DNA of 64,000 nucleotides. Source: Octopus bimaculoides. Taxonomy: Eukaryota. The DNA lies in contig NC_068986.1 in NCBI RefSeq assembly GCF_001194135.2, forward strand, positions 63,961,055 through 64,025,054, read 5' to 3'. Both the position numbers and the translations under genes were made by a program. Each line of letters opens with the position of its first letter. Positions within the stretch are counted from its first letter, which is position 1. This document shows, in pieces, positions 26,333 to 39,618 of this stretch. The notes beneath the pieces are model-generated. The model ran no database searches and was not told the DNA's origin. It saw only the letters and a list, made by a program, of their open reading frames with translations.

Positions 26333-27747
26333 GTTGGATAAGTACCAGTTACGCACTGGAGTTGATGTAATTGACTGGTCCGCTTCCCCAAAATTTCAGG
26401 CCTTATGCCTATAGTAGAAAGGATTATTATTATATTAAGGTGGTAAGCTGGCAGAATCAATGGCACACCAGACAAGGTACTTAGCAGCATTTCATCCATT
26501 TTTGTTCTGATTTCAAATTACACCGGTGTCTTTAACAATAATATCTGAGGCAATTGGCATTAATTGTATGATCAGTATATACTATAAAGTCCCAAAGGAT
26601 AGTAATACTGTTACTTTCAACTTCTAGTTTGTGTTGATGTTCACATCATTTTTTGCATGTTCAGCACCAAGGCTTTTGCACAAAACCCAATGAATGTGTT
26701 GACCAAATAGTATGTTGCTTTATGATTGTACCTATGTCAAGATCATGAATAGATTGCATCCAGTTCTCGTCAGAATACTGTGCAACCTCCTATGAGTCAT
26801 AAAGCACTTTACAGTACCAGTTTCTTCCCTCACACCTCTGCATTTTGAAATTCCCTTCCACAGTCTTGTTTTCCTCTTCAATATGACTGCCAGTCTTTTA
26901 AATCGAATGTACATCATCATCTACTGACTTCTATCCAGCATCCATTTTATTCTAGTAGCTTTTACATCTTCAGTGGTCTAAGGACCTTGTGACAAGTAAA
27001 TGCTTTAAAAAAAAAAGATGTTTTTGTCAGTTTTCCCCTTTTAAGTCGCTTTTGTGCATTTATCAAGACCAAAATCTATACTGATATCATTATTGAACTG
27101 CTTTACCATTGATAAAAATCTTTCTAATTCTTGGTCATTCCTAACATACAACTTCAAATCATCCATAAAAAAAAGAGATGGCTAATCAGACTATTGTTGT
27201 TTTATTAGAAGAGGATGTTACCTTGGAAAATTCCAGTTTATTTTGATTTTGCTAAATTGCATGACTCCATTGCTATGGTTAAAAAAGAAAATTATTAAGG
27301 CAGCAAGTTGGCAAAATGTTTAATGGTATTTCTCCCAGTTTTATGTTCAGAGTTCAAATTCTGACAAATCATCCATTTAGGGTTGACAAAGTAAGTACTG
27401 ATCATCCATTTAGGGTTGATGAAATAAGTACCAGTTGAGCACTGGGGTTGATGGAATTGACTAATCCCCTTCCCTAAAAATTGCTGATCTTGTACCAAAA
27501 TTTGAAACGATTATTATTATTGAGTGAGAGAGAAATGCATGCCATCAAAGTGACACTGAGGTACAAATATACAAAGCCTAATATACCCATCATGACAATC
27601 TATCTGATAAGAGTACACAAGGCACATGCATCACAACCATATGCGCATGACATGGTGATCTCATATCAAAATAAAACAGCGCATGATCTTGCAGGTGGGG
27701 GCCTAGTTAGAATTTTTCTTCAGGTCAAGTAGCCCATCTTTATTTTG

Positions 27748-27783
<36 letters not shown>

Positions 27784-28140
27784 GAGGCAGCGAGCTGGCA
27801 GAATTGTTACCATGCCAGGCAAAATGCTTACTGGCATTTCGTCCATCTTTACGTTCTGAGTTCAAATTCTGCCAATGTCGACTTTGCCTTTCATCCTTTT
27901 AGGGTCAATAAAATAAGTACCAGTTGAGTACTGGGGTCAATGTAATCAACTATTCCACTCTTCAAAAATTTCAGGCCTTGTGCCTATCTGTCTTTACATC
28001 CTGAGTTCAAGTTTCACTGAGGTCAGCTTTGTCTTCCATCTTTTTGAGGTCAATAAAATAAGTACAGTTGAACACTGGTTGATGTAATTGACTAGCTTCC
28101 TCTCACAAAATTTCAGGTGATGTACCTATAGTAGAAAGAA
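25715..28140 (+). mobile_element. Chain of about 8 full or partial copies of the same SINE family, plus strand
   Basis: Copies near 25715, 25920, 26085, 26340, 26435, 27295, 27785 and 27990, with (ATT)n tails. The central segment resembles the Meta-type SINE domain (from memory, unverified). Single copies also at about 9851-9955(-), 12141-12305(+) and 59413-59625(+). Confidence 0.85.
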
Positions 28141-28425
28141 TTATCACATTCTGAGAAGTGACAGCTGTCAAACTATTTAATGATTCTATATGAATGTATA
28201 TCAAATATATCCTTTTCTATATTCTGAAATTCTATATGTCTTATGCTGTTTTGTGTAAATCCTACTTACTTTGGTTTGCTTTAGATATTATTCCCTTTGT
28301 AAGATACGCTATTGTACTTGGTTGTAATCTATTCTTGCCTTTGTAAGCAGTTTGATTTATTCTATTTTGAATGTTCAATGATAACAAAATCATAAAGTGA
28401 TCTATTTATCTCTATCTTCTTTCAG

Positions 28426-28615
28426 AATCAGCCGTTCCTATGCTACCAATAACATGGACAGTAAGAATTTAGCAAGGTGTTGGTGGCCAACTTTAATTCG
28501 AATGGACTTTCAGTCTTATGGAGAATTGACTTACAATTCTCGGATTCCTCTTGAAATTTTACAAACTCTCATTGAACAGTGTGGCTTCTTTTTCCATGGA
28601 GAGAATGAAGTATGA
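28426..28615 (+). CDS. ARHGAP35: p190 RhoGAP last coding exon (RISRSYATNNMDSKNLARCWWPTLIRMDF...LIEQCGFFFHGENEV*)
   Basis: Acceptor ctatcttctttcag, phase 2, TGA at 28613-28615. NLxxCxWPTL.R.DF and QCxFFF match the p190 C-terminal pattern as recalled (p190A NLSICFWPTLMRPDF...QCPFFF). Confidence 0.95.
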
Positions 28616-31600
28616 CTTGCTATGTCTGCTATCCAAATTTTACCTTTGTCTGTGTATCTATCACTTTCTCTCTCGCCTCTGTCCATGGCAGGTGCAATGT
28701 GGCAAGGGATAACCAGCAGTTAGTCTGACATACCATTTAATTTTACGGTCATCATCTACATTATTATTAATATTATTATTATTATTATTATTATCATCAT
28801 CATCACTACTACTACTGCTATGATTACTACTACACAGACATTTTTTGTCCCAGACATGTTCATCAGGCATCAGTTGCAACTTTTACATGTTGCATTTTAC
28901 TAGAGCATTGAGTCTTACAGCAATCTTATTATTATTATGATTATTATTATTATTTGTTGTTGTTGTTGGGTATTTTAACTGCTCTGAGTAACTTTGGATC
29001 TGAAATAGAAACACTCTTTTTTTATTCTTACTGAGAACCAGAATGAAGAATGTAAGTTGCAGAACCACAGATGAAGAAGAAAAATGCCAATGTTCAACTA
29101 AGATCATCAGATAATAACAAAAGTAATTGATGCTCCCCTTCTAATGGCTTTATTTTTCTTTTTTACTTTTTCCACTCATTTTTTAATTCTATACCCTTTC
29201 AAAGTTATAATACAAGGGTGAAGGTTTGAGTAGTTAATCCATGGGCAAAAAAGAAAATTAGAAGAAAAAAGTTAACAAAAAGTGGTTTAAGTAATATTCT
29301 ATTTAACAAAGGAACTTAGAGACAAACTTAGATCTTTCCCCTTTTACATTCCCTTAAAAATTCATAGTGAATAGTTTGAATATTTATTTTCACTTAAATA
29401 AGCTTATGTATATTTTCTATAGAAAAGTTGTTTTATTAGATGTAGTATTAAGAAATGTTGAAATTTGTTATAAAATTATTTGAATTATTTTTTGCTATTA
29501 TTAATTTTTTTTTTAAATTAACAAAAGAGAAAAAAAAATCAACAGAGAAAACCAAATTTTCTGGTAGTATTAAATAACATATTTCCAAAGAATGATGGAT
29601 TGCTCTACATTGCAAATAATGTCCTTTGGACTATTTGTGAATGATTCACATATCCTCTAAGTAAATTGATATAGACTTCTTAATAACTGTCATACAGTTA
29701 TCATTGTGAATAAATACCACACTTTTGTAGGATACTCTGACACAGTAATATAACCGAGTAGAATATATTAAAAAAATCAAATTTATCAGTCTCACTGAGA
29801 GATTATTTTAAACTGATTTTAACATAAATTAAGTTGAATTTCCCGAGAGCAGTGAAATTGAAAGAAATGTTGTTTTATTTAGTCAGCAATATGAACAACT
29901 ATTACTTAAAAGTAATCAGAAGAAAATAGTTATCAAGATCTTTATGATGTTATTTTCAGTCTTGGACATTCCAGACAGTATTTTATTAATTTAATTTATT
30001 TTAATTACTCACGGTATTATTGTATTAAGATAACAAGAAACAGTGTTTCATCAGCAACTGCTTGTAATTCTGCTGGAGAATGCTCTGTTCAGCACAATAA
30101 CTCTTTAGTGGTTAAAATTAAATGTAGATAGGAGAAAACATTGTTCTTATTTTTCACAAACAACAACTTTTATTTTACTACACTCTGCTTATAGTATATT
30201 GTAAATAATAAAGTATAACTGGTTCATAGTGGCTACAGCTTTACTCTTCAATAGTTAGTAAAAGTGTCTAGTTTATTTATTACTTATTGCTTCTGTTGGA
30301 TATCCAATGAGAAACATTGATTTACTACATGTTTCTCCATTGAATATTGTGTTGTATTTTTCTTTGGTGGTAGAGGCCTTTATTTGTAAAAATATAAACA
30401 ATTTTCCTATATTGATATAAAATTATCAAATTCCCCAAGTCATCACATATTCTTTGCTAAAAAGAAAATAAAATGTTGACTCAATTCTGTTCAGGTGTTT
30501 TTGCTAGAATTCTAATAATTTTTCATAAGTGATATATGTAAGTTATATTCCACTACTAGCTTTTTCGGTTCTGCATTGATGCAATATCTGTTGGAGTTGT
30601 ACATTGTTTATCATGACTTTTTTTTGTGAAAGTATTTTCTCTAATTACTGATTCAAATCAGTCACTATCTCAGTTATTCATTTGTGTGTGTTTTCTACAC
30701 ACACACATCACAGCTGTTCTGAAATGTGTTTTTGATATCACTGATACAGTGCTGGAGCTAAAAGTCATGGAACCCTTCTAGACCTAAAAGTCATGAAGTC
30801 AAACCCTTCCATAGGTATATTAATAAGCAATTTACATCACTTTGTTGTAAATTATTTACATAAAATTTGTTATTTGGTTATATATATCTTATAATTGTAG
30901 AGCCTGTTATTGAATTAGCTGAAAAACCTTTAAGCAAGTTTTATTGCCTTAATGCATATAAAATATATTTCCCCCCCGATAGGTAATATTGTCCCTGTTC
31001 CTTATAGAAGGCCAATCATTGAAGCATTTATAAGTGCAAGCAACTTTGATATGAAATTGCAGTTTTTCTGATAATTTCATTGTTATAATTTCCAATTCAT
31101 TCAAACTCATGAACTAGATCAGCAGAATGTATCCTGCAGTGTGCTTAAACTATGGCTTAAATTTGTATGTAAAAATATTATTGTTAATATTAGTATCATA
31201 TTCATGACTATGTAGTTGAATTTTAAGAGGGAGGGGGGCAGTATATTTTGAAGGATGATGTGCAACAGATCCAATGGAAACTAATGAGAGATTTTCCTGG
31301 ATTTGTATGTGATCTATAAAGACCAACAATTGTGCATGTACTGAAAGGCACACAGCTTTATTGTAAGAGAAGAGTTATATAGTAATTAAACCTTATTTTC
31401 CATCATAGAGAGGGGAAACTTGTGTAGATTGCTGGTTTATTTCTCAATTATATAAATCTGCTGTTGGTTGTTTTATGTATGATTTTGTTGAGCTTTCTAC
31501 TTCCACACTTTCCCCTCTGTGCATTGATGTTGAATCTTGATATTTCTTTAGGAGTGAACATACCCTTGCCAAATGTATGTCATTATCCCATCTCTTTCCT

Positions 31601-31896
31601 TTCTTCCCATCTTCCTCCTCCTTTGTTTTTTATGTCTCCCTTTCTTTGTCATTTTTTTTCTTCTTTACTTTCCTCAAGCAAATAAACATGAAGCTATTAT
31701 TGTTTGGATAGGGTATTGTTTGTTTCTTTGATTTTCTTTTTTTGTTTTTTCCTTTTTTTATTCCTTTACCTCTCCCAATGGGATTTGATCTCTCATCAGT
31801 TTTGCATATTGACTATTTCAATCCTGTTAGTTACTTCTGTTTTTATGTTGCTACCCAAAGCAATTCATTTGTTGTATGTGATGTGATGTGTAGACC

Positions 31897-31949
<53 letters not shown>

Positions 31950-32637
31950 TCACACACAAACGAAAAAATGTAAGCAGCCACAATTGTTATACATCTATAT
32001 CTATATTTTTTAATGCAGTGGTTACTAGTATTAGCTCATAGTATTGAGTTGATATTGTTGTGCNNNNNNNNNNTTTTTTTTTTTTTTTTTTTTTTTTTTT
32101 CAAATGAAATATTGTTTCTAAATCTGTAAAAAAAATTGATTTGAGCCAAACTATTGATTCCTCACTAAAGGGATTCCTGGTGTATTCATATTTTTTATCA
32201 ATGATTGCGTGTGTGTGTGGTCTGAAAGAGATAAGAGGATTTCAGGCATTTTTTCCTGCCCACTTTCTATGACTGACATCAAACCAGTTTCTTTAGTTTA
32301 ACTTTGACTGGTAATTCATTGTTTGCTCAGTCAGTGAAAAGACAAAACTTTATCATTCATTACACATTTTTAACATTTCTTCAGTTAGAAACAATACTAA
32401 TAACAAAGTTCCCATTTGAATTTCTCCTCATATGTCTAAACAGAGTCTTAGAACACAGACATTGAAGCCATATGCAATGGTAAACTTATCATTCTTAGTT
32501 AATATTCAGCATTCATTTTGTTTGATTTTTAAGAACACATTGTTAAATACATCCCTCAAAATCCAGTTGCAAGTTATGTTCATTGTAATTCTTACACATA
32601 TAATTATTTGCATCTGCTTGATGGAAAATTTAGGGTT

Positions 32638-32683
<46 letters not shown>

Positions 32684-32834
32684 AAATGATATCTATTGTG
32701 GTTGTAAATAGTGTAAATTAAAATGATGCAACCAAATTATTAATCAAGTTATTTTTCCATATAAAATATGATTGTTTACAAAACAAGCATTCAATGTATG
32801 TGTGTATTTAGGCATTTATATATAATATATGTAT

Positions 32835-32899
<65 letters not shown>

Positions 32900-34679
32900 C
32901 ATACACACAAATTCACACACCACATACATTGCTGTATACTTGAGGTCATGAGGTATTCCAGTAGATATTCTGAAGCAATTTCTTTTTCTTCTAACCAAGA
33001 ACCTAATTCTCACTGACAGCCAGCTTTAAAGTTAAGAAATCATGGATTCTACCACATTACCATGTTATTTGTATTTCTGAAAAGTAACTACTGAAAGATG
33101 AAACTTCACAAAACTATTTATTTCTAATTGCAAATAAAAATTTTTTTTTTTTTTTAACTTTTCAAAAAAACAAAATACTTTCAAACTTGAAGATGAAACA
33201 TTACACACACGCACAAAATGTGTGTGTGTGTGTGTGTGTGTGCTGCAGGTAGTCTTATGGTCTACTGAATTAATCCACTTATTTTTCGTAACTCTCTTGC
33301 TGATGATAGCTGAACTGTTTCTCATATGTATAAATTGTATTATCAACAAAAATTAGTTACAAATCCACCAACCATTTTTGTTTCTTAATATCAAGCTGCT
33401 TTAAAATTTTCTTTTGAAAAGGTTTATTTTTTTTCATTTATTGAAGGAAACACATACAAATAACATCATTACACATTTGATGTACATTTCTTTTCTCCTC
33501 CTAGCTTTAATGAAATCATCTTCACTACAGAAATTAACTTCATTACCATGGTCTTGAAGCCAAGGAGTTCTTCTGACTGTACTCAAACTATATTTCAGAG
33601 TTTGTTTTGTACAGCGATATGTCATCTTTGACAATTTCCACTTTTATTTAAGATGTTACCTAAGAATCTATCATCATGAAACATGCTCACTGTTGCAGCT
33701 AACTCTCTCTCATGACAAATTCTAACCATCTTTAAAATGGAGCTTTTCATATTTTAAGCCCAAACAATTAGGTTAGCTTAACAAAGGAATAACCATGTTT
33801 AGATCACAAATGGAACAAAGTAAAGTATTCAATGGATTATGTCCTTGTAGGTCTGCCAAGGCAGAATTGACTCTGGCTGCTCAACAAAATCTTCATATTA
33901 TTCTCAACATGTTATATTTTTGACTGTTGTCTGTTTTCTGCAGTGCTTCAAGCTTCAAACATAGATGTTTAGAAAAGTTTTACCTATCATAAAATAAGTA
34001 GTTATATATTAAGATAAGTTAACTGAAGTTTTTGCTAAAAAGTTGATTAGGGTGTGTAAAATAAAACATTTAACAGAAATATTTCAATATTCCCAATTAA
34101 AAAGAAAAAAAATGGATTAGTATTACTTGCTTTTAATGTTATATTGTAAAAGATGTTACTAGAAAACTTGTGGCCAGTTCAGCGGGAAAATTTATGTCTT
34201 GGCTTTATGCTGTAGATTTTGTGATTACACTTATAAATAAATTCAATCTAGCCTGTAACTATTAAAGTGCCTATTTGTAGATCCAATATCTTAGCATTTC
34301 TTTTCACCATAACATAAAATTGTTTTCTCTTAAACAAACCATTGTAGTCTGGTGTCTAAACTAATCCTATATAATAGTTGTGTATGTGTGTATTACTTAA
34401 TACTAAAATCTGCTTAAAAGTTAATATTTCAAGGTCAAATATGTTTGTAACTCTGTCATTGTTTCTTCTCCCTCCTGGATTTTGTTGACTATAGTTTTAA
34501 GATTATATTATATGTAGTAAAGATTATTTACCAACATAACATGGCAGTCCTGGTTTAGGATGAGTGTTGCTGTAATTTAGCCCCAGGAGACATCGTCTCC
34601 AGCTGGCTATACATCACAATCTGTGTCCTTATATTTTCGAACAAGGGAATCTAGCACCCCCACTCAGCTCAAAATAATA

Positions 34680-34724
34680 TCCGTGTATCGCGATTTCTGG
34701 GTTATTTACCTTCATCGGCACAAT
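34680..34724 (-). ncRNA. Candidate hammerhead ribozyme (left arm, degenerate core CCGAUGA)
   Basis: AUUGUG-CCGAUGA-AGGU aaauaa CCCA-GAAA-UCGCGA-UA-CACGGA on the minus strand. Confidence 0.4.
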
Positions 34725-34833
34725 AATTGTTCAGCTAGAAATGGCACTGCCAAATTCCCATACAAAATATATAGTTTTCAAATATATATTTTGAACGGGA
34801 ATTTGGCAGCACCACCTCTAGCCAAACAATTAT

Positions 34834-34878
34834 TCTGTGCTGATGAAGGGAAATAACCCGGAAATCGCGATACAAAGA
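34834..34878 (+). ncRNA. Candidate minimal type I hammerhead ribozyme (right arm)
   Basis: UCUGUG-CUGAUGA-AGGG aaauaa CCCG-GAAA-UCGCGA-UA-CAAAGA. Core intact, palindromic stem III AUCGCGAU, predicted cleavage after AUA at 34872. Stem I has one mismatch and the stem II closing pair is non-canonical. Confidence 0.55.
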
Positions 34879-35964
34879 TATTGTTTTGAGCTGAGTAGGG
34901 GTGCTAGATTCCCTTGTTCGAAAATTTAAGGACATAGATCGTGTCGTATAGCCAGCTGGAGATGATGTCTCCTGGAGCTAAATTGCAGCAACACTCTTCA
35001 TAAACCAGGACTGCCATGTTATGTTGGCAAATAATCTTTACTACAAAGTACTGTTGCTGAATATCTCTCATTGTGAGATTTACAAATAGCCATTTTCTAA
35101 GATTATATTAGTTTTATCAATTGACATATATCTGCTATTGGTTGCAGATACTTAAAATAATGCTCTGGATTTGTTAGCTTCCAAGTATGGAAGATACTGT
35201 CTCAAGTCCTGTTGTATTACTCTTAACTTTAAGAATAGTTTTATCTCATTTAAGAATTTTCAAAATAATAATTTTGTTGTCCAAAAAAAAAAAAATGTTT
35301 CAATGTTTCTCAGATTAAAACTATATTATGGGAAATATGTAACTGTTTAGCTTCAATTTATTCTAGTCAGTGCCTTCATATTGCTGTAACTAAAAGCTGA
35401 GTTTTATTTATATTCTGTAAAAAAACACTATTGGTTTATATTTTTTTTATGTAAGATTTAATATAGTAAATCTTCTTATTTTGATGCCTTTAAAACTAAA
35501 TCTTTCAGAATTACTAGAACGAATAACTGCATAATTAGGTGTGTTCCAATGGTATTGTAGTTTTTCTATAAAGAATGTCTTTTTATAACACAGATGTTAT
35601 TTCTCTACATGAAAGTTAATCAGTTCCTGGAGAGGAGCAATGAAATTACCTTAAATCTTTTCAGATTAATACTTAATGATATTGAGTTGTAATAAGTTGT
35701 AGTGTTTCAAAATTAGTTTGCTAAAGTTTATCAAATGTGAAGGAATCAGTAACTCTATAACTGTAACTATGCATTGCATTGCATTCATCTAAAAAGTTCA
35801 GATAATTGAATAAGTAATTAGGTTATTTGGTAGATATTCTGATGGCATCAGGAAAGATGTAGATGCATGCTATATTTAGTTACTAAGCAATAGATTTTGT
35901 ACCAATGCAAGACATGCAATATTCTGAAAAGACTATGTATCTTACATTCATTGACTTATATATA

Positions 35965-35979
35965 AGATCGGAAGAGCGT
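35965..35979 (+). other. Illumina TruSeq adapter remnant (assembly artefact)
   Basis: AGATCGGAAGAGCGT immediately before the N gap starting at 35980. Confidence 0.9.
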
Positions 35980-37563
35980 NNNNNNNNNNNNNNNNNNNNN
36001 NNNNNNNNNNNNNNNNNNNNNNNNNNNNNNNNNNNNNNNNNNNNNNNNNNNNNNNNNNNNNNNNNNNNNNNNNNNNNNNNNNNNNNNNNNNNNNNNNNNN
36101 NNNNNNNNNNNNNNNNNNNNNNNNNNNNNNNNNNNNNNNNNNNNNNNNNNNNNNNNNNNNNNNNNNNNNNNNNNNNNNNNNNNNNNNNNNNNNNNNNNNN
36201 NNNNNNNNNNNNNNNNNNNNNNNNNNNNNNNNNNNNNNNNNNNNNNNNNNNNNNNNNNNNNNNNNNNNNNNNNNNNNNNNNNNNNNNNNNNNNNNNNNNN
36301 NNNNNNNNNNNNNNNNNNNNNNNNNNNNNNNNNNNNNNNNNNNNNNNNNNNNNNNNNNNNNNNNNNNNNNNNNNNNNNNNNNNNNNNNNNNNNNNNNNNN
36401 NNNNNNNNNNNNNNNNNNNNNNNNNNNNNNNNNNNNNNNNNNNNNNNNNAAAGGTAAATAAAATTAAAATATCAAACAAACACTGAACATTTTTCAGAAC
36501 TTTTAAAGAATTTTGGTACATTATATGTTTGAAGTTGTATGCATTTATCATTTTATGATAAAGTATATAAAATTTCTTAGATGTGTACCAGATGTGCTAT
36601 TTGTTACAATAGTTATTTAAAGTATAATTCAAAGTGATTTTGGACACATTAGTAAATCAGAAAAGATCTTGGCAGACATCCACTTAACAACACATACTCA
36701 GACCATGTGAACCAGTAGATTTTGGGACGTTTTTTTATGGGAATGTTTTGCTCAAGACTTTATAATTCATCTTAAAAAAAAAAAAATTTAATTTCAAAAC
36801 AGTAGTGTTATTCTTGCCTCCTATTTTACATTATTTTAATGTAGAATAGTAAAGAATAAAAACAAAACCATCAAATCATGTTTTATAATACAAAATCAGA
36901 ATATGAAATCCAAATTCTTAACACCTACTAAAGTCTCTCATGTTTATACACTCTAATTTAATAGTCCTTTGTTGTCAATGTTGTTCCCATAAGAAAAAGG
37001 GCTTGTTCCTTAAATTGTCAGCAGTGTTCTCTGAGAGAAACACACTTAAATCATAAAAAAAAGCAAGCATGCAAATGCTTTCCATTTTTTTAATTATTTT
37101 TCCTTTCAGTTTTTTGTTTGTTTGTTTTAATTGGTTTGTAAAAGAAATTTTGGTATTTAATCTATCAAATTCGTCAAGATCCATTGGATTATTTATTTCA
37201 AATTTTTAATGGTGGATAATTTTTGCAAATTATGGAAGTGGCAATTCTTAAGAAGCATTTTCTAATTTTTAGGGACAGTGGGGTGAATTATCTGGAATTT
37301 TCTACTGAAACAATAATCTGTTATGCTCTATCTTCTCTGTGAAGAGAATACAAATCATTTCTTACCCATTAAGTAGCAATGGCATGCTTCATGATGTCAT
37401 GCCATTGATCTCCCCTCTATCAGCTGTTAACAAGTGTACTGCCACCTACTAGTTTTGCTGCTGTAAAATGTATTAACATTGCTGCATATGCCAGTTTATA
37501 GAAGTGTCTGTGGGCTTGCACATAGAAGTATTTATGTATTCCAGTAGAATGTGACACACACAT

Positions 37564-37611
<48 letters not shown>

Positions 37612-37621
37612 NNNNNNNNNN

Positions 37622-37665
<44 letters not shown>

Positions 37666-39579
37666 AGGCTAGCTAAAGTAAATATTGCAATTGCTATTCC
37701 ATCAACCTATGCACACGTAACACTCTCATCAACATAAAACACATTTTTTTTCTTTTTGCTTGGCCAGTATTAAAGTAAAAGTTCCCTCAAGTTGGCTGTC
37801 TCTTTAGTTTTTCAGTGCCTAACTGCAGTGTAAATGTCTGTAAATAGCTAATTGGTGTTGGTTTGACTGGACTCTTGCACCAGTCTGATCAAAGAAATGC
37901 AACCTCCAACACTAACACTCAGTTCTTTTTTGGCTGTTCAGTTCTGGTGAGATATCAGAATCGGTACAATAACAATGCCTGGTTGTTGTTGTCATTCTGC
38001 TTTTGCAAATTTCTGATTTGTTAACGGTAAATAGGTGCCTGTTGTTCTCTTCTATGGAAGGTACACCAAGTAGCTAGTTGCCTATTTGATCAATAAAATG
38101 AGTTGATCAAAGGCTTTCTATAAATAATTGCAGATGGATGTTTGTTTCTGTTTCTGAATGAATCACTGATGGAGAAAGAAAATCTAAACAAATAAAGATC
38201 AACCACAAAAAGAACAATTCTCAATTATCACCTGTCTTAATGATATATCAGGATTCTGTAGATGTTCTCTATTAAACTCTTGTTTACAGTATGACTTTTA
38301 CACTCCTGCTCTTTTATTCACATGTTCTCATGTCTTCTTCATTGTTTCTAAAGGAATTCTAGGTAAGAGAAAATCATCACCACCTGTCTCATTTTTGTGC
38401 TGCATATTGTGTGTTTATCTATTCTCATTTTGATAATTTTGTACATTTTACAGTCTTTCATTTGCTTAACTCCTTTCACTTTGTACCTTGCAGACCACTG
38501 GGAGCTTCAGCTCTTAAGAATCCTTCAGTATTTCTCAAAATGCAAAGACTACAATGATTCCAGACCCAAAGGTCACTAGAACTTGGCATTACACTTGAGC
38601 TATTTGCATTGGTAGTTAGAGGAAAAGGATATGATTTAAAACAACCACCACAGTGTTACTTCTATCACTGTTCTTTTCTGGTAGTTCTTTTTGACATGAA
38701 ATATATCATTGATGGCGAATCTGCATTTAAAAGATGTCAGATCTACTTAGTGGTGGTTATCATTGTTTGGCCCTAGCTTAGGCTTATTATCAAAGACATT
38801 ATAGCTATACCCATCTCTTTTTTTTAAATATCTATTACTACTTTGTGTCCTTTTCTTTTTTTGAAGGCAATAGTTTGTGAATTGAAGGAGATTTGGCTGC
38901 TGTTTCTAACAAATCAAATGATCAGCATAGAGACTTTATTTCTTTTTTTTTTTAGTTCAGCTCTTCTGTCTTAGTTAGTTAATTAATCCTACCCATTTTT
39001 TTCTTTTGATGAAAAACTGAATCCTATAGTGGTCAAGAGAAAATATTTTTAGTAGTGATCTAAAACAACTTTGGCTAATAACCAAACTATCAGGATTTCA
39101 ATCTAGCTAGGCATGTTAAGAATCAGTGGGACTGCAGTTGTTTAGCCCTAGATGAGTCCTGATCAATCAAACCTATGATCAAAGATATTCTGGCTGTGCC
39201 CATCCTAAGCAGAAATTTGGTTGCTATTTTGTATTAGGTCAAGCAACCATGTAGATTTCCTTTATTTACTTAAGCTTTTGTATAACCACAGGACACACAT
39301 GCTCACTTAGCTTATTTCAAGATAATCGCAAAAGATTGCTACCAATCTAACAGGCCAGACATGGTTCTGATAGTACTAAAGCTGAATAAGACCCAACTGC
39401 CATGTTACTTGACTACATCTTGAATATGATACCACTCCACTTTTGTGTTCCTTTTTATTACAGTAGTATAACACAACCTCTGTCAGTTTTGACTATAGTA
39501 TTTTGTATTAATTGTCTTGTAGTAGTGCATCCTCATAGTTACAATCCTAAAATTATTTTTAAATGAAACTAAAAATATA

Positions 39580-39618
<39 letters not shown>

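Larger units (their letters stand above)
34514..35044. mobile_element. 530-bp fold-back element, probably two head-to-head PLE pseudo-LTRs
   Basis: Arms gtagtaaagattattt..catggcagtcctggttt and their reverse complement are centred near 34779 with a loop of about 9 nt. Each arm carries a hammerhead-like core. Confidence 0.85.

Noticed and set aside
32928-33740. Minus-strand exon-like segments (GTATGT donor; ORFs 32816..33013 and 33434..33634)
   Set aside because: No consistent acceptor or frame chain and no recognisable protein; cannot be supported without transcripts.
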